A stretch of DNA of 64,000 nucleotides from Heterodontus francisci (taxonomy: Eukaryota): positions 41,044,246 to 41,108,245 of the forward strand of contig NC_090372.1 in NCBI RefSeq assembly GCF_036365525.1, given 5' to 3'. Made by a program: the position numbers and the translations under genes. Each line of letters starts with the position of its first letter. Within the stretch, counting starts at the first letter, position 1. Positions 1 to 12,459 of the stretch are shown here, in pieces. The notes under the pieces are model-generated. The model was not told the origin of the DNA and did not search any database. It saw only the letters and a program-made list of their open reading frames with translations.

Positions 1-26
1 CCCGCTTGCCATAGGTAAAATACCCG

Positions 27-592
27 TGAAGGCGGGTGAGGGCCCTTCTCTCACCTTTACATGGTCCATTTCCGACTGTTCCCTTCCGTTCTTCGACTTC
101 TCTGTCTCCATTTCTGGGGATAGGCTATCAACTAATAATCATTTTAAGCCCACAGACTCCCACAGCTACCTAGACTACACTTCCTCACACCCCGCATCCT
201 GTAAGGACTCCATTCTCCCAGTTTCTCCATCTCTGCTGCATTTGTTCTGGTGATGCAACATTTCATACCAGTGTTTCTGATATGTCTTCCTTTTTCCTCA
301 ACTAAGGATTCCATCCCACCTCCCCAACTATGGTTGTCCGGGCCTCGACTTAGTCTGACCCATTTCCAACACTTCTGCTCTCCCACATTCCCCTCCCTCC
401 CAGAACCACAACAGCCTTCGTATTCAACGGATCATCCTCCACCATTTCCCCTACATCCATTACATATTCCCTTCCCCTTTCAGCATTATGAAGTTCCAAT
501 GAAGGATCATCGATCTGAAACGTTAACTCTGTTTCTCTCTCCACAGATGCTGCCAGATCTGCTGAGTATTTCCAGTATTTTCTGTTTTTGCT
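27..592 (+). mobile_element. Penelope-like retroelement fragment (RT thumb region plus 3' end, internally deleted)
   Basis: Translates to SLTFTWSISDCSLPFFDFSV..FKPTDSHSYLDYTSSHPASCKDSI, the Penelope RT C-terminal motif. Ends in gatgctgccagatctgctgagtatttccag, shared with the copies at 7093 and 12460. Confidence 0.8.
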
Positions 593-1569
593 TCAAATCA
601 GCATTGTGCACTGATTCACATCATCATCTCCCTGCCTGCATGCTGCCAGTAGCCTTTACCAAAATGGTGTCCTGCACACTTCTCATCAGAAATGTGCACA
701 CGTATCTTGGACACCATTTCTGAGTCTTATTTGGCTGCCTAGTGGCTAAAAACGTGCGCTACATGGGTCAATTTAGCCCCCTTTGTTTTCACAAGGATGG
801 TGTAATGGTCACTCCTAACAATGCTATTGTGCTCAGATGAGTCTGCAACAGGTAAAAGAAAAATGTGCATTTATGGGAACATATGAAGGAACACACAGTA
901 CAACATTCAGATGCATAGCGCTTGTTTTATGGGTGATATGAGTGGTCTTAGAGGTCGAAAATGGTTTCTGCGGCACATGCACACACTTTTGGTGCGTGTT
1001 GCTTCTGATGCCATGTTGGTGAGGGCATCAGCGCATGCACAATTAGCGCATACCAGAGGTATGCAGAGTGGGCAGGCCGTCATGCCAATTAGCGGGTAAT
1101 ACTGATTTGATGCCAGTGCTTCCATTTCGGTACTCAATGCTGCAGTTAATGCTGTCTCTCAATCACATGACTGAACATGCATTCAGTGGCAGGAATGAAC
1201 CCCACCAGCACTATTTAAAGAGATCATCAACTACTTTCAAGTTAGTAGCTGACTGAGTTCTAGTGGATGTTCTACAATAATACTGGTGTTTTTGCTGCTT
1301 TTTACAGTTCTTTAAAGTTGCTAAAGTCAATAGTGAGCAGTGTGGCACATGCTGAAGGGCTTGGTCCTGACTTCAAAGCTTCTGCGCAAACCAGTTGTTT
1401 CCAAACATGGGTGCACTAGTAGGAATTCCCCTTGGAATACAGCATGACTTACAGAATGAACAGGACAAGCTTCCAGAAGAAAGAGGAGGAAGGGTTCTCA
1501 GCAGAAGGCCATATCCACACAGGATGTACAGGGAGCAATTCTCCTTCCTGAACTTCAGTGAGAAACAAT

Positions 1570-1941
1570 GGACTGGATTTTGTTCTGACGACCGGGTTAA
1601 CGGCAACGGGCCAGAAGCTGGGGGTAGACCCCGCCACAGTACTCCGTGCTGCAAGAAGCCCTGCAGCACCAAAGAGTCCGGAGACCCCGGAAGAGGTGAG
1701 TGGGGTCAAGGTCACCGGACCCATTCAAGCAGGTCCTGGTGAAGGGATGGAGAGGTCTAATTAGTGGCGGTCTTCCTTGGAATGTGCCGATCATTGCCCG
1801 GGGGGCCCTTTGGGGGCCCTGGATTGCCCCCTAAAGGACGGACCCGCCCAATCCCACTATGAGACCATCAGGACTAAATTAGTACTCCACCCTCCACCTC
1901 CCGCCTTCCAATGCAACTCCATTCCCGTCATGAGGGGGCCC
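1570..1941. mobile_element. GC-rich MITE nested in the Harbinger nuclease ORF
   Basis: caatg occurs at 1566-1570 and 1941-1945; excising the insert restores E-K-Q-C-F-R-S-L. Confidence 0.6.
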
Positions 1942-2544
1942 AATGTTTCAGAAGTCTGTGCTCCTTAAGGATGTCCTTACTGCCACCTGCTGCAACCTCA
2001 GAGAAGGGCAAGGATCATCTTGCCAGTCACTGTGGATGTTACTGTTGCCAAGAGCTTCTATGCGTTGGGCTCCTTCCAGGTGGCAGCTGGAGATACATAT
2101 CACAGTTTTCCATCCATTCTCTATTCAAAGAGAGCTGGTTACATTTCACTCACCCTTACAAAACAGCAGCAGGCTGAGCGAGCACACAGCATCGCAAGGA
2201 TTACAGGCTTCCACAATGGTGCAGGGTGCCATTGACTGCACACATGTCACTTTGCGGATACTGCATATCAACTCTTGAGATTTAGCGCAACCAAAAGGGA
2301 TTCGACTCCCTCAATGTCCAGTTAGCATGTGACCTAAGGCAGCAGGTCAATGTCCGCTGTTCTGGTAGAAGTCACGATGCTTTCATTCTGCGGCAGTCCA
2401 CTGTGCCATCTGCATTTGAGCCAGCACAACAAACCAAAGGGTGTCGACTGGGTGACAAGGCCATCCACTGACAATATGGGTGATGGCTCTGGAGCGCAAC
2501 CCATGCACACGTGGCAACACAGTTGCAATGAAAGCCGTACTGAC

Positions 2545-3420
2545 ATTCCACAATGTTCAGCAGCATTCGTGACTCCTCAGATACTGAAGCAGTCAGTGCA
2601 GCAAGATCTAGACAACATCCAGACTTGGGCTGATAAGTGGCAAGTAACATTCACACCACACAAGTGCCAGGTAATGACCATCTCCAACAAGAGAGAATCT
2701 AACCATCTCCCCTTGATGTTCAATGACATTACCATCACTAAATCCCCCACTGTCAACATCCTGGGGTCACCATTGACCAGGAACTGAACTGGACCAGCCA
2801 CATAAATGCCATGGCTACAAAAGCAGGTCAGAGGCTGGGAATTCTGTGTTGTGTAACTCACCTCCTGTCTCCCCAAAGCCTGTCCACCTTCTACAAGGCA
2901 CTAGTCAGGAGTGCAATGGAATACTCTCCACTTGCCTGGATGGATGCAGCACCAAGAACACTCAAGAAGCTCGACACCATCCAGGACAAAGCAGCCCACT
3001 TGATTGGCACCCCATCCACAAATATTCACTCCCTCCACCTCCGACACAGTGGCAGCAGTATGTACCAACTACAAGATGCACTGCAGCAAAGCACCATGGC
3101 TCCTTAGACAGCACCTTCCAAACCAACGACCTCTACCACCTAGAAGGACAAGGGCAGCAGATGCATGGGAACACCATCATCTGCAAGTTCCCCTCCAAGC
3201 CACACACCATCCTGACTTGGAACTATATCGTCATTCCTTCACTGTCGCAGAGTCAAAATCCTGGAACTCCTTCCTGACTGCACTGTTGGTTGACCCACAT
3301 CCCAAGGACTGCAGCAGTTCAAGAAGGCAGCTCACCACCACCTTCTCAAGGGCAATTAGGGATGGGCAGTAAATGCTGGCTTTGCCAGTGAGGCCCACAT
3401 CCCATAAATTAATAAAAATC
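2545..3420 (+). mobile_element. 5'-truncated CR1/L2-group LINE (family B) inserted in the Harbinger
   Basis: QQDLDNIQTWADKWQVTF, YKALVRSAMEYSPLAW; tail ctcaagggcaattagggatgggcagtaaatgctggc. Confidence 0.85.
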
Positions 3421-5837
3421 ATGAAATGTGATAAAGCAAATCACTGATGTGCTAAAACAATGCTTCTGCTGCCAGATCACTCTGAAGTAAACCTGCAGTA
3501 CTTGACAGAATGGGTGTCAAAAGTTTTTGGTGGCTCTGCTCCATGCCACACAACCTCACCATCATGAGAGCACAGTCCTTTCCACCCAATAAACAGCAAC
3601 CAGCTGAGGAGCAGGAGCAATTCCCCATTCACCAACAGTCCCAGACCTTATCTTCCCTCCGTCACTGATGATCGCAGCATCAGCTTGGCCACAATGCAAA
3701 AATAAAAGCCACCACAAAATAAACATTCCAAACCAAATTTATAAAATAAATCATGCCATATTGTGTATAAGCGTCAATTAATCATCCTTTGTTCTTGGCT
3801 TGCTGGTGCCTTTGCCTGTCCTACTGCTCCTATGCAGTGCTACCCCAATAGCTGCAACATGGCTGGTGGAAGACTTCTGATTTTCAGTGGAGGAGACTGT
3901 CGATGGCCTTTGAGGATGACTTGAGCAGCTCTAGCCCTGGAAGGCCTGGATTCAGACTGCACCATGGGCAGCAGGAGTCTCAGCTGTCTGGCTGTCTAAA
4001 AGGCAACAGGAAGGACACTGGTGAAATGGCAGGGATGGGAGGACGAATGTTGTCTTCCTGAGAGAGGACAGCAGGTTCGTGCTCCATGGAGCCACTGCAA
4101 TCCTATTGATCTGTCGGAGGACAGCCTGCTGGACTGCTGTGACACCCTGCAAACCCCTTTGAACACTAGTATCCACAGCCATGATGGCAGCAGTTTGAGT
4201 TTGCATGGCTTTAGTCTGTTTCCATTGCAGCACCCAGACTTTGAGTGGCTTCTGCTTGTGTTGCAATTGAAGCCGAGACATCAGGGATCAGACCCTGGAT
4301 TATGGTTGGGTACACAGGCGTGCTAATGGAGCTGGTCATCACTTCTATGTTGGAAAGGATGGGTTCCAAGCTCTGTGCAAAGCCCTCTGCAAAGTTGGTA
4401 TCAGATTCCTCCGTGCTCCTTGACATTTGTAGGCAGACTTTCTAGCAGGCCTGCCAATGCACCAAACATTTCAGTGTGCATATCTGTCAGTCTTCATCTG
4501 TAGCCTGCCCCATTGAAGTGTTCCTCTGAGACCTCTCCAGCAGATCTCATGTGGAGCCTTGTCTTCCAGGGAACTGGCACCTGCACTACCCTTGCTCCCT
4601 GGCATGGCTGCAGGTCATTCGTGCCCAGGGACTCACCACATGCATACCCCACACCTATGCTACCCACTAAAGTGCATGCAGTGTCAGTATCTGAGCTGGT
4701 GACTGTGAGTGAGAGATTGAGTGCTGGTCTTTCTTCATCAACACTGTCTTCTTGCTCTTCCACCACTGCCTGGCCAGGTTGCAGCTCTTGGGCATCTGAA
4801 ATAAGAAAGACACAGCATAGGGTTGTGGTAAGGGGAGGGGTGGGGGGTGGGGGAAGTAAAAGGTGTGTGCTTACATCATCTGCAGCTTGTAAATCAGAAG
4901 AGATTGTGGGATGTGGGGGAAGTGGGATGTGAGAAGGTGGATTAGGTAGGAACATACCATCATCTTCTATGGTCTCAGCCCCACAATGGCGACGGCCTCA
5001 GCAATGCTGATCCAGTGCTGATGAGCACTGTCTTATCCCTGGGGGTAAGAACATGCAGTCCTGTCCCCTGCCAATTAACACCTGCTGCTTTCAGTTTTTC
5101 ACCAACTTGTCTAGCAAGAGAGAGAACAGTGTGTCAGTGAGTGTGGTGCAATCTGTTTTGTCATGGTTGAATAGCTGGCTGTGTGTGCAAGCTGTCAGAT
5201 GTAGGTGTGAGGCTTGCATATGTATGTGAGAGTGAGGTGAAGTTACAAATGCTGGATACGAGTCCTGATTGGTAGAGATTGATGGGCGATGGGTATGGTG
5301 CATTGAGCAGTATCTGAGGTAGTTGGTGGGATATGGCATTTGAAGGTACATTCACTGACCTTGACCACGTGTGAATTTATTGAATCTTTTGCAGCACTGC
5401 ATCCAAGTCCTTGGGGGCTTGACTCCTGGCATTGACCACCACAACCATCTGGTCCTATTCCCTTCTGAGAGTTTGTCTCAAGGGCCTCCTGGCCCCTTGC
5501 GTAGAGCACATCTTTTTTCCTCTGCATCTCCTCAACCATGAACTCCAGTGCAGTGTCAAAAAATCTTGGAGCCCACCCTCTCCCACATTGTACCATTCAT
5601 GTGTCTTTTTCAGGTCAGAATCAGTTGAAGAATGACTGCCAGCACCTCCTCAAGCCAAATGCAGCTTCCTTGAAGAGGTGGAGGCTGGCCTTAAGTAGTG
5701 CAGGATAGCTTTAACTGATGCTCACTTCTCACATTGTTGGGCCCCCTGTTGAAGCCTGCAGCAACTCAACAGTGTGGTTAGCACTAGCTGCACATGGTAA
5801 TCATGTAAATTAGAAAGTGGCATGAAGGTGATGTGCA

Positions 5838-6940
5838 GTAGGCCACTACCCTTTGTGTGAAGAAGTACTTTCTGACATGCCTGATTGGATCAGCTCTAAT
5901 TTTAAAGCTATGCCTCCTTGTTGTGAACTCATCCACCAGGGGAAATAGTTTCTCTCCACCTACGCTATCGAGTCCTTTAATCATCTTAAATACCACAGAT
6001 AGATCACCCTTTCATCTTCTATACTCAAGGGAATACACACCTAGTCTTTGCAACCTGTCCTCATCATTTAATTCTTTTAGCCTAGGTATCATTCTAATGA
6101 ATCTATGCTCCACCCCCTCCAAGAACAACACTTCCTGAGGTATAGTGCCCAGAAATGAATGCAGCACTCTATGTGGGGTCTAACCAGAGCTTTATATAAC
6201 TGTAACATAACTTCCATTCCTTTGTATTCCAGGTTCTTTTAAATAAAATCCAACATTCCATTCGTTTTTTAAATTATTTTTTGTACCAGTCAACTAACTT
6301 TTCGTGATTTCATACTTGGACTCCTAACTATCTCTGCTCCTTTACAGTTCCTAGCTGCTCACCATTAGGGAGAACTCTCATCTGTCTTTCTTAGGTCCAG
6401 ATTGAATGATCTCACACTTCCCAAATTGAACTTCATCTGCCACAGTTTTGCCCACTCACTTAATCTATCAATGCCCCTTTTCAACTTTCTGCTCTGATCT
6501 ACACTATATACTGTGCCTCTAAACTTAGTGTCATCATCAAAGCTGAATGTACAACACTTTATTCCTTCATTATTTTGATATATAGTGGAAAGCTGAGGCT
6601 CCAATACAGATCCCTGGGCGAAACCAGGAGTCACATCCCACCAGTTGGAGTGTATACCCATTATCCATTCTCTATGTCTCCTATCTCATAACCAATTCCC
6701 TACCTATGTCTAGGTTGCATCCATTTCTTAGTTATGTTAAAAGTCTCTTGTGAAGCCTTACTGAATGCCTTCTGGAAGGCCATATAAATAACATCCATAA
6801 ACATGACCTGATCCATCATGTTAGTTACTCAAAAAATTCAACTAGTTTCATTAGACTTATCCTTTACAAATCATTGCTGGCTCTCTCTCTGATCAGTCCA
6901 TATTTGTGCTCAGTCACTCCATCCCTAAGAATAGATTCTG
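5838..6940 (-). mobile_element. CR1 (HER1-like) LINE fragment
   Basis: QGSVLEPQL..DDTK..LSEWAKLWQMKFN and VFKMIKGLDSV..KLFPL..FFTQRVV. Confidence 0.85.
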
Positions 6941-7092
6941 AGGCGTTTCTGTTTTGAGGTGCATAGTCTCATTTGACAGTAGTGCTAGTTTAAAGGGATA
7001 AACTAATTCAAAATGATCACATCACTATCACTTCGGCTTTAGATTTGGGCCCATCACTTATCTTATCTGACAGAGAACAGCTGGTTGGAGAA

Positions 7093-8367
7093 ATAAAAAC
7101 AGAAAGTGCTGGAAATACTCAGCAGGTCTGGCAGCATCTGTGGAGAGAAAAACAGAGTTAATGTTTCAGGTCTGTGATCTTTCATCAGAACTGGCAAAGG
7201 TTAGAAATGTAACAAGTTTTAAGCAAGCGAAGCAGGGGATGGGGGGTGGGGGGGGGGGGGGGGGTGGCGGGCGGGCAAGAGAACAAAAGGGAAGGTGTAT
7301 GATAGGCAGAGGGTAGGAGAGATTAACTGACAAAGAGGTCATGGGGCCAAGGCAAAGGGAGTGAGCTAATGGTGTGGTGAAAGACAAGGCATTAGTGCAG
7401 AGGGAGTGTTAATGACATAATAATGAACAGCTCTGTCCAAAAACACAAAAGTGAAAAACCAAGTTTAAGGCAGGCATGTGGTAAAAAATGATAAAACAAA
7501 ATAAAATAAAACAATAATAAAAAAGGGCCAGTCATGCTCTGAAATTATTCAACTCAATGTTCAGTCCGAAAGCTATAGAGTGCCTGATCAGAAAATGAGA
7601 TGCTGTTCCTCGAGCTTGCATTGATGTTCACTGGAACACTGCAGCGGGCCAAGGACAGAAATGTGGGCATGGGAGCAGGGTGGTGAATTGAAATGGCAAA
7701 CAACCGGAAGCTCGGGGTCATGCTTGTGGACTGAGTGGAGGCGTTCCGCAAAGCAGAATCTGTGTTTGGTCTCCCAGTGTAGAGGAGACCGCATTGTGAG
7801 CAGCGAATACAATATAGTAAATTGAAAGAAGTACAAGTAAATCACTTCTTCACCTTGAATAGTGAGGAGAGAGGAGGTAAAAGGTATTACACCTCCTGTG
7901 GTTGCATGATAAGGTGCAGTGGGAAGGGCACGAGGTGTTGGGGGTAATGTAGGAGTGGACCAAGGTATCGCAGAGAGACGATCTCTTTGGAATGCTGACA
8001 GGGAGGGGAGGAGAAGATGTGTTTGGTGTCGGCATCACGCTGGAGGTGGCGGAAATGGTGGAGGATGATCCTTTGGATGTGGAGGCTGGTAGGGTGGAAA
8101 GTGAGGACAAGGGAAACCCTATCACGGTTCTGGGAGGGAGGAGAAGGGGTGAGGGCAGAAGTGCGGGAAATGGGTCGGACATGATTGAGGGTCCTGCCTA
8201 TCACAGTGGTGGGGGGAGGGAACGTACTTGGTTGAGGAAAAAAACATTTCAGAAGTGCTGTTGTGGAAGGTTGCATCATCTGAACAGATGCGCAGTGATG
8301 GAAAAACTGGGAGACTGGAATGGAGTCTTTACAGGAAGCAGAGTGTGAGGAAGTGTAGTCAAAGTGT
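7093..8367 (-). mobile_element. Penelope-like element with GIY-YIG remnant and 14-bp TSD
   Basis: DYTSSHSASCKDSIP; (G)ETKHRF..AERLHSV..PVVCHFN (GIY-YIG). Flanked by agctggttggagaa at 7079-7092 and 8368-8381. Confidence 0.85.
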
Positions 8368-9379
8368 AGCTGGTTGGAGAACTTGGGTATACAAAACAAC
8401 ATTTTTTTTACACTGTGCACATAGTCTCCATGAGGAAATCCACCCCCGTATTTCCAAAATATTTCTACCTGGCACTGATTCCTCTCTTCCTGACAATCAA
8501 TTTAAAGGTACAAACATTTCCTCTTCCCATCATCTGTGCCAATAGCTTCTGTTAACAAATTGTGTCCATATTTGATACATTTGTCTGGTGCTACACTTTG
8601 ATTTGGAACATAGAGACAACAGCATAGAGCAGTACAAATAGCACTCTAAAGTGAAAATACAAACAGTAACACCATGAACAAAAAAGGATCTTTCTTTGAG
8701 GTTTCTCCCGACCAGCTGCCATAACTTACAGGCGATCGGTAAATAACCTATTAACATGGTGTATCGGGACCATCTACTAAAGTCACAGTGGCTGATTGGC
8801 AGAACTGCCAGAACTGCGACGGCACAGACACGATGGGCCGAAGGGCCTGTTTCTGTGCTGTATAACTCTATGACTCTATTAAATTCCCAAGGGAAATAAC
8901 AGAAAATGAGACAAAGACCATTGGGCCCATCAAACGATTCCTTCCACAGACTATCTACAATTTGACCTCCTATGGATTCCTTTCAATTTATTTAATTACT
9001 CAAAGGATGTGCATGGCAACAGACAAAACCTTTAAGAATAAACATTTCTGCTGACACTCCTCCCCAAAAATAACAAGTGAATTTTTCACAATGGTTTTCC
9101 ATCACAAACATTATTGAACTATAATATTTCACTATGATAGTTCCATGATCCCAGCATTACTGGAACTGTTTGATTGTCTCCCTTGCTTATCATGCTAAGC
9201 TTCAATTCCATTGCAAACCAGATAGTTCCTTTCTGACCACCGTTAAGTCATACAGTGTTAAATCTGAAGTCTGAAATGTTTTAACAGATATAGATTGTGG
9301 TTCAAGGACAAAATCAAGTGTTAATGTATTACAGTTAACTATAATGCCCATCTTCTGAACAAATATCTAGAATGATGTA

Positions 9380-10320
9380 ATTTTATAGCACAGAAGAAAG
9401 CCATTTGGCCTATTTTGTCTGTGCCAACTGTCTGAAAAAGCAATCTCCTTCAAGTAATTCTCTTACATTCTCCCCATATCCATTTACTTTTTTATTTTTC
9501 AAAGATGTACCCACTTCCCTTTCAAAAGCTAATATGTATTCTGCTTCCATCACAGTTTCTGGTAGGACGTTCCCTGTACCAACATTGCTTCTAACCTCTG
9601 CTTCCATTTTTTTGGTGATGATCTTAAATTATGTCCTCCTTTTATTAACTTACCAACCAGTGGAAATAGTTTTCCCTGTTTACCTCATGACAACCCCTTA
9701 TAATTTTGAATTTTTCTATCAGTTTTCTTATTAACCTTCTCTGTTATACAGAAGATATTCCTAATTTCGCTAGTCTGTTCTCATAACCAAAGCCTCTGAT
9801 CTTTCATATTATTAGAGTGAATCTCTTCGAAATGTTGCCGACAGCCTTGAATCACTTCCAAAAGCAAGTTGCCCAAAACAGTGGCACAGTGGTTAGCACT
9901 GCAGCCTCACAGCTCCAGGGACCTGGGTTCGATTCTGGGTACTGCCTGTGTGAGTTTGCAAGTTCTCCCTGTGACTGCGTGGGTTTTCGCCGGGTGCTCC
10001 GGTTTCCTCCTACAGCTGAAGACTTGCAGGTGATAGGTAAATTGGCCATTGTAAATTGCCCCTAGTGTAGATAGGTGGTAGGGAATATGGGATTACACTA
10101 GGGTTAGTATAAATGGGTGGTTGTTGGTCAGCACAGACTCGGTGGGCCGAAGGGCCTGTATCAGTGCTGTATCTCTAAAAAAAAAATTAGACACAATATT
10201 TTAATTGCTGTCTAACCAATTTGTATAGGTTTGACATTTACCGTCTTGCATTTATATTCTATACCTATATTTATAAAACCCAGGATTTCATACATTTTTT
10301 CACAACTTTATAAACTTGCT
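9380..10320 (-). mobile_element. Old CR1 3' fragment interrupted by a SINE
   Basis: Degenerate (W)NVLPETVMEAEYILAFEREV motif; CR1-type 3' end near 9390. Confidence 0.6.
9881..10186 (+). mobile_element. HE1-type tRNA-derived V-SINE
   Basis: A box gtggttagcac, B box gggttcgattc, V-core gggtgctccggtttcctcc, CR1-like tail gggccgaagggcctgt..gctgtatctct, then poly-A. Confidence 0.9.
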
Positions 10321-11034
10321 CTCCCAGAGCCAGAGTATTATAAAAGCATAGACCATACCTTTTCCGCCCCAAGTGGGCTACATTCCAGTGCTTAAGACAT
10401 GCAACATGCCAAGTGGAGAAAGCAGATGCAGGCAACAAAGATTATTTCCACAAGAAGGTGGAACATTGGGGTTTAGACCTTCTTACATTTGACTTCAGGA
10501 GAAAGACCCCTTTTGTTTTAACTGAATCAAGAGGACACATTACATACAATTCTATTTTTATATAAACAAAATAGGAGTCAGCATTGTTATGTATTGTCAT
10601 TGCATTATATGTATTCAATATAGTTTGTCCTTACTATATTTATAGAAATATTTAACTTTGGTCAGCCAGGTATCTGACACAAGGAAATTCATCACTTGGT
10701 TTGAGTATCCAAATTAAGCTTCTGAGAAATTTACACTTAGTTGTGGGGTTTCGGATTGCACAATAATCCCTGTAGGGAGACATGTACTTACCTATATACA
10801 ACATAGCCATGGGTTGGTGAGCCAAGGCAAGTGTACAGGAGTTTAATCACCTAAAACTGCAACTTACTAAAGTTGCTTCTGACTGCATGTCCACCGAGGA
10901 GCAGCTACCCATTGGTTTGCTGCATTATCTGGACTGAGGTGGGAAGAATCCCAGTTCCCAGTGACAGGTCGACCCATGCTGTTACATTGTCAAGCCTGAC
11001 TGGCTGATCAATCATTAATAACAAACTGCAGTAC

Positions 11035-11831
11035 AAAGAACAAAGAACAGTACAGCACAGGAACAGGCCATTCGGCCCTCCAGGCCTGCGCCAATCTTGA
11101 TGCCTGCCTAAACTAACACCTTCTGCATTTCCGGGGACCATATACCTCTATTCCCATCCTATTCATGTATTTGTCAAGATGCCTCTTAAACGTCATTATC
11201 GTACCTGCTTCCACCACCTCCCCCAGCAGCAAGTTTCAGGCACTCACCACCCTCTGTGTAAAGAACTTGCCTCGCACGTCCCCTCTAAACTTTGCCCCTC
11301 TCACCTTAAACCTATGTCCCCTAGTAACTGACTCTTACACCCTGGGAAAAAGCTTCTGACTATCCACTCTGTCCATGCTGCTCATAACTTTGTAAACCTC
11401 TATCATGTCACCCCTCCACCTCCGTCGTTCCAGTGAAAACAATCCGAGTTTATCCAACTCCTCCTCATAATTAATGCCCTCCAGACCAGGCAACATCCTG
11501 GTAAACCTCTTCTGTACCCTCTCCAAAGCCTCCACGTTCTTCTGGTAGTGTGGCGACCAGAATTGCACGTAATATTCTAAGTGTGGCCTAACTAAAGTTC
11601 TGTACAGCTGCAGCATGACCTGCCAATTTTTATACTCTATGCCCCAACCGATGAAGGCAAGCATGCCGTATGCCTTCTTGACTACCTTATCCACCTGCGT
11701 TGCCACTTTCAGTGACCTGTGGACCTGTACACCCAGATCTCTCTGCCTGTCAATACTCCTCAGGGTTCTGCCATTTACTGTATAGATCTGCATTAGATCT
11801 TCCAAAATGCATTACCTCACATTTGTCCGGA
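11035..11831 (-). mobile_element. Young CR1 LINE, 5'-truncated
   Basis: Open 156-aa ORF RDLGVQVHRSLK..LYRTLVRPHLEY..LERVQKRFTRMLPGL; intact 3' end. Confidence 0.92.
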
Positions 11832-12023
11832 TTAGCGGTCTCCCATCTATCTGCCTGCACCTTGGGTGTAACCACTTCTCTAAAGTTGTAGGCCTGTTTG
11901 CTGGCTGTCTAGTAATCTTTGGCCTGTTGCAGTCTCCTGGCAGTTCACTTTGGGTTGAAGACGGCGTTGATATCTCAGGTCAATTCTCACTGGTAGAAGA
12001 GTTGTTTTTACAAAGACACTTTC

Positions 12024-12318
12024 TTTTTTTATTTATTTAGAGATACAGCACTGAAACAGGCCCTTCGGCCCACCGAGTCTGTGCCGACCAACAACCATCC
12101 ATTTATACTAATCCTACATTAACCCCATATTCTCTACCACATCCCCACCATTCCCTTACCACCTACCTACACAAGGGGCAATTTACAATGGCCAATTTAC
12201 CCATCAACCTGCAAGTCTTTGGCTGTGGGAGGAAACCGGAGCACCCGGCGGAAACCCACGCAGACACAGGGAGAACTTGCAAACTCCGCACAGGCAGTAC
12301 CCAGAACTGAACCTGGGT
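12024..12318 (-). mobile_element. HE1-type V-SINE, 5'-truncated
   Basis: Reverse complement of the 9881 SINE core and tail. Confidence 0.9.
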
Positions 12319-12459
12319 CTTGTGTCTGCTGTAGCTAGCTTCCAACTTGTCTCAGCAGGGTTCGACTGTAATGGCTGGAAATGATCTCTCTCTCAGCCTT
12401 GCTGTAATTCAAGATGGCTTTTAGTTGCACTGTGTGGCTGAGGACAGATCGGACTGATA

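Larger units (their letters stand above)
870..5835. mobile_element. Degenerate PIF/Harbinger transposon: nuclease on +, Myb/SANT gene on -, convergent
   Basis: Plus strand 1370-3700 gives HARBI1-type motifs RRPYPHRMYR..SEKQCFR, SFYALGSFQ, VQGAIDCTHV and NQKGFDSLNVQLACD. Minus strand 5596-~3790 gives APRFFDTALEFMVEEM..KKDVL (Myb/SANT-like). Ends approximate. Confidence 0.8.
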
